A stretch of 63,993 nucleotides of DNA, filler included, from Sphacelaria rigidula (lineage: Eukaryota), in NCBI GenBank assembly GCA_964200075.2. It is 3 parts of 3 records of this genome, joined end to end, with 100 filler letters (N's around TTAATTAATTAA, not from the genome) between each part and the next. Parts side by side here need not be neighbours in the genome. Positions count along the whole stretch, not along the records: positions 1 to 21,743 come from CAXNAA020000389.1; positions 21,844 to 43,584 come from CAXNAA020000390.1; 1 more part is not named here. The stretch is one strand, 5' to 3'. Positions 13,901 to 26,100 of this stretch are shown here, piece after piece. The position numbers and the translations under genes are program-made. Under the pieces are notes generated by a model. That model saw only the letters and a list, made by a program, of their open reading frames with translations. It did not search any database and was not told the DNA's origin. Position 1 is the first letter of the stretch, and each line of letters begins with the position of its first letter.

Positions 13901-16900
13901 GGTAGCCACGTCCCAGCTCCGGACATGAACATGCGTGGATGCACACTTGACGAGTAGGAGATGAGTTGCGGGAGCAAAAAAGTTTTAGGTTCACGAACGC
14001 ACTCACGAAAGTCTCGTGGATACACCCCGAGTACTGAATCAGGGTCGACGTTGTAAGGTCAAGGAAGATTGATTTCTAACGGAGCAAGTGTGAATGAATG
14101 GAAAAAAATAATCGATGATTCCAGTGGGTGTCAAACCTCGCGTACCCTTTGACCGAAATATATTTCGACGTCATGTCGACATGCTTCGTCCTGGTTTGCA
14201 CGAAATCGGAATATGTGTCCTGGAGTCAAATCCCCCGGAAAAAACAAATGTTTCCAACGAAGCACAATTCGTCAAGATCCCTGCTCGCTCGGCGGTAACC
14301 GCCGCCTAACCGCCAAAATCGGCATGCCCCGTGACTTTTTTCCTTGCAGTCGCACGAAAATTATTATTATTATTATCGACGCTGTTATTTTCGGAGACAT
14401 CGGAATTTTTCAGACTGTCCGGACTCTGCATTCAGACTTCTCTGAAGCCGAAACGGTTGATGTTTTTCCGAAGATTCATTTTTGGGAAAGTATGAAAAAA
14501 TCGGACTGGAGCGGGGCGCTTCGGTTAGCTTTTCTTTGTATACGCAGTGGCGCTCGCAAGCGTTCGAGAGTCATGAGGTACCTTGCCAATCTCGAGAAAT
14601 TCGGAGATCTGCGAAGAAGCATCGTCGATAATAATGGGCCTTGCGGCGAATAGAAGAGAAAAATAGACTTCAAAACTTCCTTGTTGGTCCCTCTGCGTCG
14701 CTTTACGCTTCCAAAAGAGGGCTAGGCGGATGGCGCCTGCTTGGAAGGGCTTGCTCTACTCTTGAAAACGGTTTCAGCACACTTTCGCGTATCCCGATCA
14801 CCGCAGTGTTTTCTTGTCCAAACTTGCATTTTTGCTATAGAAGTGGCCAAGACCGGTAAATATCCAGGGAAAAGTCTGCCCACCGGAGATCGCAAAGATG
14901 TCCTGGCACAGTCGTTCCAAGGCTTCGAAATCTGCGTGGCCCTCCTCTCGGCGCATTGAACTATGCAAAAAGACCAGAATGGTAGCTCTGGAGTTTTTCA
15001 TTTGATTGCCGTAATAAAAAGCGGGATGCAGCTTGGCTCAAGTTGACTACGTCCAATGTGTTGAGTTATTTTCTGGCTTGTTTCCCTGAGTTTTTGTACG
15101 TCAATCGTGGCCACGCTGGTGGGATGAAGCGTAACTTGCAGATGCACACTATCCGCAAATGTAGAGCACGTCGAGGGAAGAAAGAATACAGACGATTCAG
15201 GAAAGCCGCCCGCAAGAGAGAACGTCTGTTCGTCACCCAGTAGTAGGATTGCATCATCGAATAGTAGAGCTCGGAAATGGTGCCAGTTATAACTGGCCAT
15301 ATTCATTACAATGGTAATAACGGTGATGGTTATATGAAAAAATTGGATAATGGATTCAAACCATTATCTACCGTTACCGGCTACGTATGCTACATATTGC
15401 CCTCGAAAATTGGCTCAAATTCGATGTATATTCTAGCTCTAGTGAAGCTAGATCGCGTTGAAACGTGCCTACGGTGCCTCCGGCACGGCGACTCCGGTGG
15501 GGCCCTCCGACAGGGTCCACTCTGCCGGGGGGGGGGCTTTTTGGCTCGCGGCTGCACCTCTCGATGACCAAACCATCATGTGCCATTTAACTGGTTAATG
15601 AGTGCACTACGCGTAACCATTCAACTGATTGATGGTTGGACGAACCATTTCTGAGCTCTATCGAATAGATGTATCTTGTGTTTTGGTTTTTCAAGAATGG
15701 TTGAATTCTTCCTTGTGTCGCAGGTTTTGAAGTGGGCCGTGGCCAACGGGTGTCCTTGGGACGAGGAGGTTTGTGCGTCGGCAGCCGCCGGAGGTCACCT
15801 CGACGTGCTGCAGTTTTGCTGGGCTAGCGGCTGTCCGTGGAATGAGTACACGTGCAAGTTCGCGGCAGAGGGCGGCCATCTGGAGGTGCTCAAGTGGTGC
15901 CGGGACAAGGAGTGCCCGTGGGACGAAGACGTTTGCGCCTATGCTGCGGAGGAGGGGCACATAGAGGTGAGTCGTGTGTAGCGCGTATTGTACTATGGTG
16001 GCCTCTTGTTTGCTGACCAGTAGTATAATTTTCTCTTGTTTCGTTATGGCGGTGGGTATATGATATTCGTGTACATGTTTGTACCCTTTCATCCAATAGG
16101 TGTCGTAGGCCCGTAGGTCATGTGTTGGGCAACTGAGGCCGTATCTTTTCGAGACCCAGCAAGGAAAAAGGAAGAAGATAAAGGCGTCCGACGGCAGCAT
16201 GCTTGATTGGTCGCCGCAACCGTAGACCCGCCCGGGAACCAATCAACACGCTGCTTTTGGGACGTTGTTCCTATTTGCGCTTTTTTGTGGTCTCGGTAAG
16301 ATTGGATCTCATGAGCAGCGAAACGTCGAACGAATTCCGGTTCGTCTGAACATGATTTCCTTCTTGTGAACCTTGAGCCTTGTTTAGATATTTGCACCCC
16401 AGGCACGTGGAATACACACCGCAAACATTGGGTCAAGACTTTTTTTCGTTGACTCGTGTTCAACTTTTTCTCCGTTCTCTTACGTGCAATCTGGCCTCGG
16501 CAATCCCGCATTTTGTTATTCGAACCAGCGATAATCAACCCGACTCTTGTTGCTTTTACATATGCTTGTCTTGTCTCGACGTTTCTGTCAGGTAAGGGAC
16601 AAGCGACCATACATCCAGTTGTGGTGCGTTGCCCGTTCACGTACGGTTGTGGATGTAAGCAACACCGCTACTCCGTTGGTATCCTATTTACCGGTAGTAC
16701 ATCAGCGTGCTGTTGAATGTGAAAATGTCGAGCGTAGGAGTGCTTTGCCCCAGCATTCCCCGAGTACACGACAGGTTTGCCAAGAAGTCACGCTGCGCAA
16801 CCATCCATGCCCTCCGCGTGCACGCAGGTACTGCACTGGGCAGTGGCGAACGGCTGCCCCTGGGACAAAAGAGTACGCGACTACATGCCAGGAGGTGGGC

Positions 16901-17046
16901 TCTGTAGCAGCGGAAGCGTCACCAAGATACTCGAGCTCCACAACGCCAACACTAACCCCTCCAATTCAGAGAGTGGCGATATCCGCCAGTCTGTCTCGCC
17001 GCAGCCTCAGCGGGAGTTGGAGGCTGGAGGTAGCCCGGTGTGGTGA
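1923..17046 (+). CDS. Ankyrin-like (GCPWD-type, 27-aa) repeat protein with N-terminal F-box-like segment; 6 exons, ~564 aa
   Basis: Exons 1923-2596, 3755-3869, 4333-4557, 13440-13658, 15724-15966, 16828-17046 (TGA). All introns are GT-AG and phase-compatible. The joined frame gives 13 full repeats of xxTCxxAAxxGHLEVLxWxxxxGCPWD, preceded by LVNDEDVLLHLMPF...FVGGVSKCWRDAW. Confidence 0.9.
5143..5335. repeat. Local direct duplication (~83-bp unit twice, period ~110 bp)
   Basis: CTCAGTGTT(C/G)CATAGCAAAATAT(T/C)GACAAATGTTCTGGATGC(G/A)GCCAATGCTGGCGAGAATCACGACCTT occurs at ~5143 and ~5253. Confidence 0.85.
6776..7078. mobile_element. Concatemer of ~100-bp piggyBac-like mini-elements
   Basis: TCGCGGTCTA(A/G)GGG recurs at 6861, 6963 and 7063. 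The first junction reads GGG-TTGA-CCCTTAGACCGTGA. The internal motif CTGAATCGGCATCAAT alternates in orientation. A related array lies at ~47918-48120. Confidence 0.5.
7386..7613. repeat. Local direct duplication (~110-bp unit twice)
   Basis: CCCCGAATGTAGTTCGTGTGATGCGAG...CTGGAGTGGTCACCAATACAGTA...CATTCCCGTCT occurs at ~7386 and ~7504. Confidence 0.85.
7706..8188. mobile_element. Palindromic PIF/Harbinger (Tourist-like) MITE, copy 1
   Basis: TIR GGCCGGATGTTA...TAACATCCGGCC, and the element is nearly palindromic along its length. Flanks are TGA/TAA. A highly similar copy lies at 38547-39026. Confidence 0.8.
9750..9994 (-). mobile_element. tRNA-derived SINE (family B)
   Basis: The minus strand begins CTCGCCGCGGTGGCTCAGTTGGT (A box)...GGTTCGAATC (B box) and continues into a non-tRNA body. 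The head resembles 43508-43584. The 3' boundary is approximate. Confidence 0.65.
10881..10939. repeat. (CA)n microsatellite
   Basis: About 29 CA units with one TA interruption. Confidence 0.95.
15265..15660. mobile_element. hAT-type MITE in intron 4 of the ankyrin-like gene
   Basis: TIRs TAGAGCTCGGAAATGGT / ACCATTTCTGAGCTCTA. Perfect 8-bp TSD TCGAATAG at 15257-15264 and 15661-15668. Confidence 0.88.
16190..16340 (+). repeat. Dispersed repeat, related copy at ~39885-40120
   Basis: Both sites share AGCATG(C)TTGAT..GTCGCCGCAACC.TAGACCC...CAATCAA...TGCTTTTG. Confidence 0.6.
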
Positions 17047-20000
17047 TTCTTAACCCTCTTTTTTCGAGGAGTTCGTTTCGTCGTGGTTGTTGAATCATAT
17101 CACGCCGTTTAGGCCGCTTCTTACAGTAAACAGATATAAGGTGCCGCAAGAATGCTCCGTTGGTCCTTCTTCGACGTTTTACGCCTCGAAAGAGAGCTAG
17201 GCGGAATTTTACTCCTCGAAATAACTTGCCCTACTCGTTGTGACGGATCTCGGACACGTTCGCGTTGTCTGGTGGCCGCAGTTTTTTTTTTGGCCAAACT
17301 TGGATTCTTGCCTGAGAATTGCCAAAAACGGTCAGATCTAGAAGAAAAACTGCCATTTTTCTCTAGGCTTGATCGTCTCTGGACAAGAGTGATTGTTAAG
17401 CCAAAATATAAAAATAAAAACTGCGGCCATCTGAAAACGCCCGCATGTCCTGGAATCGCCTAAACAAGTACAGCAAGTCATTCCAGGGTGTCGAACTCCG
17501 CCTGGCTCTCTTTTAGTGCGCGAAACGACAAAGAAAGACCGAAAAATCGTTTCGACAGTTTTGTTTTTTATTTGCGACCTGGAGCGGCCTTAGAAGTAGG
17601 TTTTGTGTATGATTTGGAGGATCAGGTGTCGACGAGTTTCATTTTTCTCTTTCTTTTATACTGTGTTCTGTTTTTGCTTTTGTTATTTTTGTCCTTTCTT
17701 TTTTGCAATTCGGCACGTCACTTCTGACGGGTGATCGAACAAGTTCTCGTAGACACGTGCTGGCTGCCTGGCCGGCGAAATCGGAACTTTTGCCTCCCCG
17801 AACGTGGTGAACCGAGGAATGGTAGTCGCCGGCTTGTTTTTGGTGAACGTTATTCCGCTGCCAGCGCTAAGTGAAAATGGCAGCCGAAGATGGAGGGGGG
17901 GGGGTATGTGTGAGTATAAGCGTGGTGTGGTGTCATGTACTGTACAGGATTTGACAGCTACCAAGGACTGTGAGGATCGCCTGGATCATCAATTTCTGTA
18001 CGGAGAACCCGGTGGGATTTTACAAGACGTTTTTTTCGGTGAGGTGAGCGACTAGTACGTTGTTGTTGCTAGCGGGCGTTTTCCCGCGGTAATGTTCCTT
18101 GTTCTGTTTTCAACGTTTACTCGCGAACGATGGTTTCGCCGAAGGCCCACGTAGCCGATGGCTTTGACGGATAAAAAGTGAGGTGTACATATATAGGCTT
18201 TAGCGTGGTGGGGGATGAGGGGAGGACGAGAGGAATATATCACGAGTAGTTGGATCACGCCAAAGAAGATAGAACGTTTGTCATATTGGTGGATTGGGAT
18301 GTTGACGTGCTTGAGGAGTGGAGGGGGGTGAAAAGGGAGGTGAAGCGGTCATGATGTTGTGAAAAATGATTGGGGAGGGGGGGAGCGTGTTGTAGGATGA
18401 AAGAATCGTGTTTTTTTTTTCTTGTTTAGCAGCCCTGTGAACCAGTGGACGTTACGCGACTCATGCATGAGTGTTGAGCTAGGAGTTTGCTCGGCTGTAT
18501 TTTATTTCGGCTGGTACGGCTACTCGGTAGGATTAGTTTGGTGCTCGGTAGATTGTTTTCATCTGGGGTGGTGGCGGGTTTTCCTGTACACGAAATATAG
18601 CATTTTGTTGTCGTTAGTTTAAGGTTTAGAACTTGGCCAAGAGTTTCGTATCGCATGCACCCGTGTCGGTCGGCGATAGCTCTCAACAGGATCGATGGTG
18701 CTCGCCGCTGTAACCTCTCATGGTTACGGCAGTCAAGCCCATCTTGTGTCAGAGGTACAACTGTGGTGATGGCACGTGCGCCAGTTTTTACCCTCACTCG
18801 TATGTTTCATGCCTTCCCCGATTTCCATTTTTTCATGCATGCATGTCGTTATTGTTTCCGTTTTCTCTTTCGTTGTACGTTGCGTGCTTGTTTTTCTAAT
18901 GTTGCGATGATCGACCACGGGGGTGTGAACTTCACCCGTTGACCGTGTTTGGGGGGTGAGGGTAGCCGCGTGTGTTGTAGAGTCATACACACGGTCAAAC
19001 AACGACAATGGTTTTCATCAATGGATGGCAGGTGGCAGGTCGGGGGGGGGAGGGGGGGGGGGTATTTCCGTAGCGTCACATGGTTGAACAGTAGCGAGGA
19101 CGCTTGGAACGCCCCAAAAAACGCTTTTCACTATATCCGTATTTGTATGTAATCGAAGGCTCCTTGGTTTTGATGTGGTCATGTCATCATCGCGTGGGTC
19201 CTGCCTTGTACGTTATGCGCGTGGGTGGTACAACAGACGCTTGTGGACTGCTGGATGGTATGAGGTGACGATAGGGTGGCGAGCGTGATTAGGTCGATGT
19301 TGTGAATACATGGAACTACTAGCAGCACCATCAGCAGATTGCAGGATCATGCCATGTCGATGGCAGGGAGAGGAACTCATACAACATCGGTGCTCGAGGG
19401 TACGAATCGCGAACGGACGGATAGGGAGGAAGGGAGGGGCCTGTTTTCTCATCTTGTATTGTCCTGCCTTTTTTGTGCAGGCAAGGAAACAGGGGGAGAG
19501 CAATGGGTTGTATAGTGTCGATTTCGTCGTGCGCCCTCATATACATATGCGTGTATCTATTGTGGTGGTGCTCGGCTACGAGCAAATCCCGTCAAATGGT
19601 AGCCAGGTTGTATATTCACCACACCATTATTATCGAAAAGTGTTTTCGACTCCATTCCGCGTGGTGGTGTGCAACGCTCATTTATATATATATATATATA
19701 CGCTAGCCTTTTTTTTTTTTCTCGGTTACTAGGTGTTTTTTTTTGTATGTTTCCTTGAATGAAGTAGTAGTGGTGAGGCATTCCTTGGGATCGGCGATCA
19801 AAAGCCGGGGTGGGCGCAGTAGATACACGGGCGGGCGAACCGTCCACGTTTTTTTTTGGTTTTGCGGTATCCATCTGGCAAATTATATAATGTACATGTA
19901 CAGCATACAAGGAGGTGTGATCTACCAGTTCCATACTTGTGCGGAGGGGGGAGGAGAGGTATTCCAGAGTTATTCGGCATGGTGTTGGTGCTGTGCTGGG

Positions 20001-21743
20001 CACTGCTGTGACGAAGGCAGCGTGATATGTTGTGGGGAAATGGCGTTAGGTCCATTGTATACTGTTGGTCTCCTCGAGTCGCACACGAGGGGGCATGGGG
20101 AGGACCATGGAGCAAATATCGGGGGTTGTTGTTTGGGCGTTCGGCTGGTAGTAGTATTGGATGGGTTCTTCGAGGTTTGGACTCGTGGTACTGGGTTAGC
20201 GACTCCCACCACGTGACTGCGTATTTCTTGGTAACGACGTATTATCATGTGTTAAGCTTTCGATCAAGTTGTCCCTCTGTTTTTGTTGCTCGGTCGCTGA
20301 GACATGCTGATGGACGGACATCACGAAGCTGCGCTGCCTCGTATGTCTACTTCCGGCAGGGTGGTGGGCCCGTTGATGCGCCCGCGAGATAAAAGTTTGC
20401 AGAGATGAGTGATGCATGATACTGAGTGAGAGTGCGGTACACACGTTATGTGTGTGACGGTTGGTGATGCGGAAGAGGAAGGGCCGCCAAAGCGTCTCCA
20501 TCAATCCGAGTACGTGGGTGTCATGGAAGTGGATGAGGAGCGGAAAGAGAGATGTAGCCGTCTGAAGGACGAAGAAAAACGTGAAATATTGATGGAAGAG
20601 AAAACATCCATGTATCTTCTGGTGGTTCAACTTGAACGTCCAATGAACGATTCCCGCGTGGGACAAGTGGGCTCGATCCCAGCACATGATGCATGTACGC
20701 CATTCTTACGTGAAGTCGTATCTGTATCTGGCTGCCGACGTTGAGGGCGTCAAGGCGGGAGTGGAACCAAGAAAAAAGACGACAGTCGGCGCGGGCCGGG
20801 AGAATTTTCTATTCCGCGATAATCCCAAAATTTCATGTCAAAAGAGTACCGAGAAATGAATGAGTTGATCCCCTGAGTCCAAGTATTGACTCATTTCGAG
20901 AACGGGGACGGGTTGGAAGTGTGTTTGACGACCGGAAGTCATCACGACCGAACCCGTTACTTGCTGAACCAGCTTCGCCCCCTTTTCCCTTTTTTTTCCT
21001 TCAATTATCGTTCGTGGATCGATCGGAGTTCGGAATGCGGTCATTTCTAGCTCAAACCAATCGGAACCGCTCGCTTCAAGAAACGCCTCCTTCCTGAGGT
21101 GGTCAGTGTAATATCGGCTACTTGTACACTCATCTTTTTTGTAGGATTTTGTCAAAACTCCGCTCATGAAGCCCGACTGTGATTTTAGTCCTCACTCCCT
21201 CCTTGACATTGATTCACAGGATGCGAGTAAGTCGTCAGCAGTCATCTGAACCATGTTTTGGTGAAATCTGTCATCGTTCCTCCGGACTCGACCGCCAGTT
21301 GTACAGCAAAGTGGGCCGCCCGTACTGCACGACAGGGGAAACAAGGGCAAAGTGTCCGGGTTGGGTCCTGAACCAGTACTTATACGTACAGTCAGTTCTT
21401 GGGAACTGGCCGGCTTCTAAGAACTGGCAAACGGGCAGCCAGTACCGCAGCCAGTACCGCAGCCAGTACCGCCAGCACATACCCAACTTACGTACGCGTC
21501 CCTCAATACGCCTCAAAACCGGCGGAAACCCATCCAGCAGGAGACCATTATAATGGAACGATGCAAACGTTTTTCACGTCTGGCAGTGGATCCTAAAAAA
21601 TGTGGTTCATACAATGAATGAGATTGAAGCGGCATTTCTATTTTGCAGGGAAGACGCGAAACACTTGCGACCGAGCGAAGCCATCTTCCCCCCCAAATGT
21701 CCGCAGAAGTTGAGCAGCTGTGGCTAGGTGCACCTAACGAATG

Positions 21744-21843
21744 NNNNNNNNNNNNNNNNNNNNNNNNNNNNNNNNNNNNNNNNNNNNTTAATTAATTAAN
21801 NNNNNNNNNNNNNNNNNNNNNNNNNNNNNNNNNNNNNNNNNNN
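21744..21843. other. Assembly gap spacer
   Basis: 100 nt made of an N-run, TTAATTAATTAA and a second N-run (artificial all-frame stop linker). Confidence 0.97.
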
Positions 21844-23116
21844 ACACGAGTCATGCTCATTGCGTTTTGGAAAAACATCCACAAGTGCACTCGTCTAAAC
21901 GAGTAATGATTCGTACGACCGGTGAAAATGTGTTGACCTCCGAAGAGAATTTTGGATGTGTTCGACACACAGGTAGGTCTGACATGAAACCGGTACAAAA
22001 AACCTCCAGTTTCGCCATCTCTGATTATTCGCATGATTCATCCATTGATTGTGATGGTTCGTAGTTCGGAAACTGATGTAGCTACACATCTTCCTCGAAT
22101 ATAACTGGCGCGGCCATTGACGACATGGCCTCTTTTGATATTCTTCAACCTAGCTGGCGCGTACACACATGATGACACCTGCCTCCAACGGCAACAACAC
22201 AACAACACCCCCCTTTTCATATCTTCTACAAGCTTTGACTCCAAAACACCGGATGAGGATAAGTCTTAGGTCGAGCCTCAAGCGTGTGTCATGCTTTCGG
22301 TGCGGCTCCGTTCATCGGTCGTTACTTCACCCACGTGAACAGCTGACTTGTCGTTGTATCTCCCTTAATTCACTTGCTGGTTTATACTGCCCTTCGCGGG
22401 CGATCGCCGTCATCGAGATCTTTTCACAACAGTGTATCGTCCCCGTACATGACCTAGTACTGTACTGTACTGTTAATACGAGGAATATCTTAGCAACGCG
22501 TCCCATTGGCTGATGAAGCTCGGGGGTACCTGTTCAATCGGACAGCGTATAGGACACACTCAACGCTCGAACGCGCTTGGTGTAAACCGAGAGGGCTTCA
22601 AGCGGTGCGATGCACGCCGAGGAAAGGAAATGGGACAAGGGGCCACTCCACACGTCATCACACGTCTCACGATAAGCACAGGACGCGTGATGAAAGCCAA
22701 GATGCTGTCCCATCAACCTCCGACGCTAGAACGCCGAACAGGCCAGTTTTTTTTGTAGAGTATTGTAGTACAACTGCATTTCCGACGACGGAATGATCGA
22801 ACCAGCAAAAGGAAATAAGCTGTGCGCAGGCAGCAAGAGGCCAAACGGATGGAGGGATGATCATAGCGCTGCACCGTGAGCAGCAACGGAAGAGGGACCT
22901 AACGGATCCCGTCCCAACCTCATCCCCGACAAACCACCATGACCCGTAACCGCAACGGCACATCTGACAACGATGAACTATGACGACTAGCAGCCCCGGG
23001 GTCAACAACGCGTCAGCACAAGACAGCGCACACATGCCGACTTTCGAAATCCAGCTATTGCCCCGGTCCTCGAGTTCCAATTTCCATCACGGCATGCGCA
23101 CGGCACGTACGTCTCT

Positions 23117-26100
23117 TCAAGAGTGGACATGTCCGTTAGTCAGCGCAGCCATTTTCTTTGAAGTGGACACACGACCCCCTCCTCGGCTCCCGCCTCCACC
23201 ACCCAGCGCGGCCGCCGCCCCGCTCGTGTGATGCCCTGAGCCGCCGCCACCGTGACTTCCGTGACAATGGGGATGAACTTTCGGCCCGCTCTTCCCGTGC
23301 TTGCCTACCGTACCACCGCCCCCGCCGCTGCTGCCACCCCATCCCTTCCCGCTACCGCCGCGGGACGGTTTACTACCGGCGACTGCCGTACCGTTCGCAG
23401 TGCCATCTTTCCCTGGGCTCGAGGATGGCGAGTGCGGGTGATCGGTTCCGGTTCCGTTGCCTCGAGGGTGCGCGGGTGCTGTGGAAATGTCGCAGAGAGA
23501 CCTGCAACGTGACGTATCCGCGGCACAACAAATGACATCGCATGATCCACGACATCCCCCTTAGTCGTATAAGCGATCCTCGCGAATCGATCGACTACCT
23601 TGGCACAAACAAAAGCGCGAGAAAAAACCAAGATAAATCAAAACCCGCGTGAGAAAAAATCACCACCCCAGAGAAACGCTGACAGATCAAAACCTGCCAG
23701 AATTACAACCGAAGGGGAAAGAACACCCGTCTTGTGGGAAGCATGTGCCCCGAACGAAAGCGGACAGGAGGACACCTCAAACTTCCAAGGGAGATGACAA
23801 GCTTCCAAGGGGGAACCTCGGCGACGGGACAAAAACTTCCAGACTGAAAGATATTTTGGAGATGGGTAGTGATTGACCCGGTGAGACAGGAAGGGGGGGT
23901 ATGTGCGTGTTTTTCGGCGAAGTCCACCAAGACGCTACAAGGGTACGCCTGTTGAAAGAAATATTTGCATCTTGCGACCGCGGGTTCAAACCAAATAACT
24001 CACGTCATCGTGGTGAAGGGGTGGGTTCCATGTTCACCTCAGGACATCACGCGGACAACTTGTTTCAATTGACAAAAACAGTACATCACACTATGGCCTT
24101 GATTAAGATGCAAACAGAACTCAGCAGCCAATGACCTTCAGCGTATGTAGACAACACACCAGCAGTCACATACACGCCGCGCATGCAAGATGTGATGCTC
24201 ACCAGACTAGGTTCCAAGTGAGCTTCATCAACAACCCCACCCCCATCACGAGCGCACCGTACACCGCGTAAACATCCACAAGGTACCGCTGCGCCCAAGA
24301 AAGATCTCTCCATATCCATTCCGGTTCGTCGGGGTACCACGTCGCGTCGTCAGGGGGCTCCGGGTCGAGATCATTCATCGTTATCGGGAAGCTACCGTGG
24401 ATCGGTTCTGCAGGATCTTCCCAATCCTCATCCCGATCCTCGCGCCGTGCTTGGAACCGTTCTATGCTCCAACAAGATCTGGTGGGATCTGCCCGCGGCG
24501 AGTCTCCGGAACGGTCCGCGCACGGAAGACGGTCTCGTCGCGCATTGGCCGCAAGGTGTGTGTGAAGCTCATTTTCCAACTGCGAGCATGAGAGAGGTGA
24601 ACGGGCGGTCGGATGGACGAATACATGCATGCACGCGTGCAGACAAGGACAAACGAGTTGGAAAAAAAGGGATGAAAGAAGGAGGGAGAATAGCATCCCC
24701 TCGGTGGAGTGACTAACGGTAACGGTACCGGTAATGATCACAACACACAAAAACACAGCGGACGGATGCACTGTACACCCAGCAATACATCGGCGCATCA
24801 TACTGACCATGATCCATATCTTCGGACGACGGAAGCATGGACATCGAAAATCTTGTCAACGACGAAATTTCGGCCGAATCGGGGGTATGAGAGGACGCAG
24901 GGTGACGGCAAGATACTGAGTGCACCATGTACCGGCAAGGTATGTTCGCCATATACATATATATATATATATATGTGTGTGTAAAAGTGCGGTTTTCAGG
25001 TTTTAATCACACCTCTGTTGTATCCGATAGTCGACAGCAGCCAAAACTTGTGGCAAAAATGGATCTACGTCAACAGCGAAGTCACGTTCTACGAAAACTG
25101 CTGTGCAAGTCCGTGCAAGTCCCTCCTGGAGAAAACGATCCGACAGAGGGATAATGCCACACATGAGGCCACCAATTGTAGCGCAAAATTTATCTCGAGT
25201 TCGATGTTCGCTGTGGATCGCGGCTGGCGCGTCGCTGACCCGATACTACTCATGTTCAATTTACGCCAAACGCCGGAGCTATCGGACCCTTTGATATCCT
25301 TCTCGAGGTCGATGTGTTCGAAAAGCAAATAGCCCAGGTCACACTACCGAAGAAACGGGGTTCGTCGACAGAAAATATCTCGACGGCATGCTTGGACAAC
25401 TATCGGGGTCATGAGCACCCTCATCATAGACAAAAATGGATCATGACCATGATGGCAGGAGGTGCAGTAGCCCCGCATTTAACCGCAACTCACGAGAGAT
25501 GACGACTCTGGCATGCCATCGTACCGGTTCAACCGTCCCCATGACTCACCATATTTCCAGCCCGCCCGACCCCCCCAGCCTCGCGCAGCATCGCCTTGCC
25601 CCTTAACGCCGCCCTTCGACTGCCCGGATCATGTGCATCAACAATCGCAGAGACCAAATCCGGCGGTTGGCATGGCGGACGACATGTGACTCCTGCTCCG
25701 AGATGGTCAAGGCGTGACGCCACCTCTCGCTGCCACATCCAAAAAACGTGGAGTACACCCGGTTTGCGGAGGGGGAATGTACGGGGCTTGACACTTGCTC
25801 GGCAAATACATCTTGACACAACACTGCGCTTAGGGACTTCGTGAAAAAAGGAGAGGGCGAACGTTGATCAACCTCCCAGAAGCAGCATGCGCACATGGAG
25901 AGCCGCTGCCATGCTATCTCTGCGCACCATATCCACGTGTTCGTCTGTTTCCTCTGGTTGCACGTCATAACGCCACTGGGCCGGTGGAAACGTAGTTTCA
26001 CGCCTCAACACTCAGGCCTGAGCTGGATGCTCTCAAGACGCGAAATAAGAACAACGCAATTGTAGAAGATGATCATACAAGAACACTATTGGCAAGCTTT

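Noticed and set aside
17800-21600. Possible transposon or gene remnants (e.g. ORFs 20448-20744 and 20838-21167; 12-bp repeat x3 near 21437-21475)
   Set aside because: No recognisable domain, termini or consistent exon chain could be established by eye.
21788-21799. TTAATTAATTAA palindrome (also at 43629-43640)
   Set aside because: It is embedded in N-runs and identical at both gaps, so it is an artificial scaffold linker.
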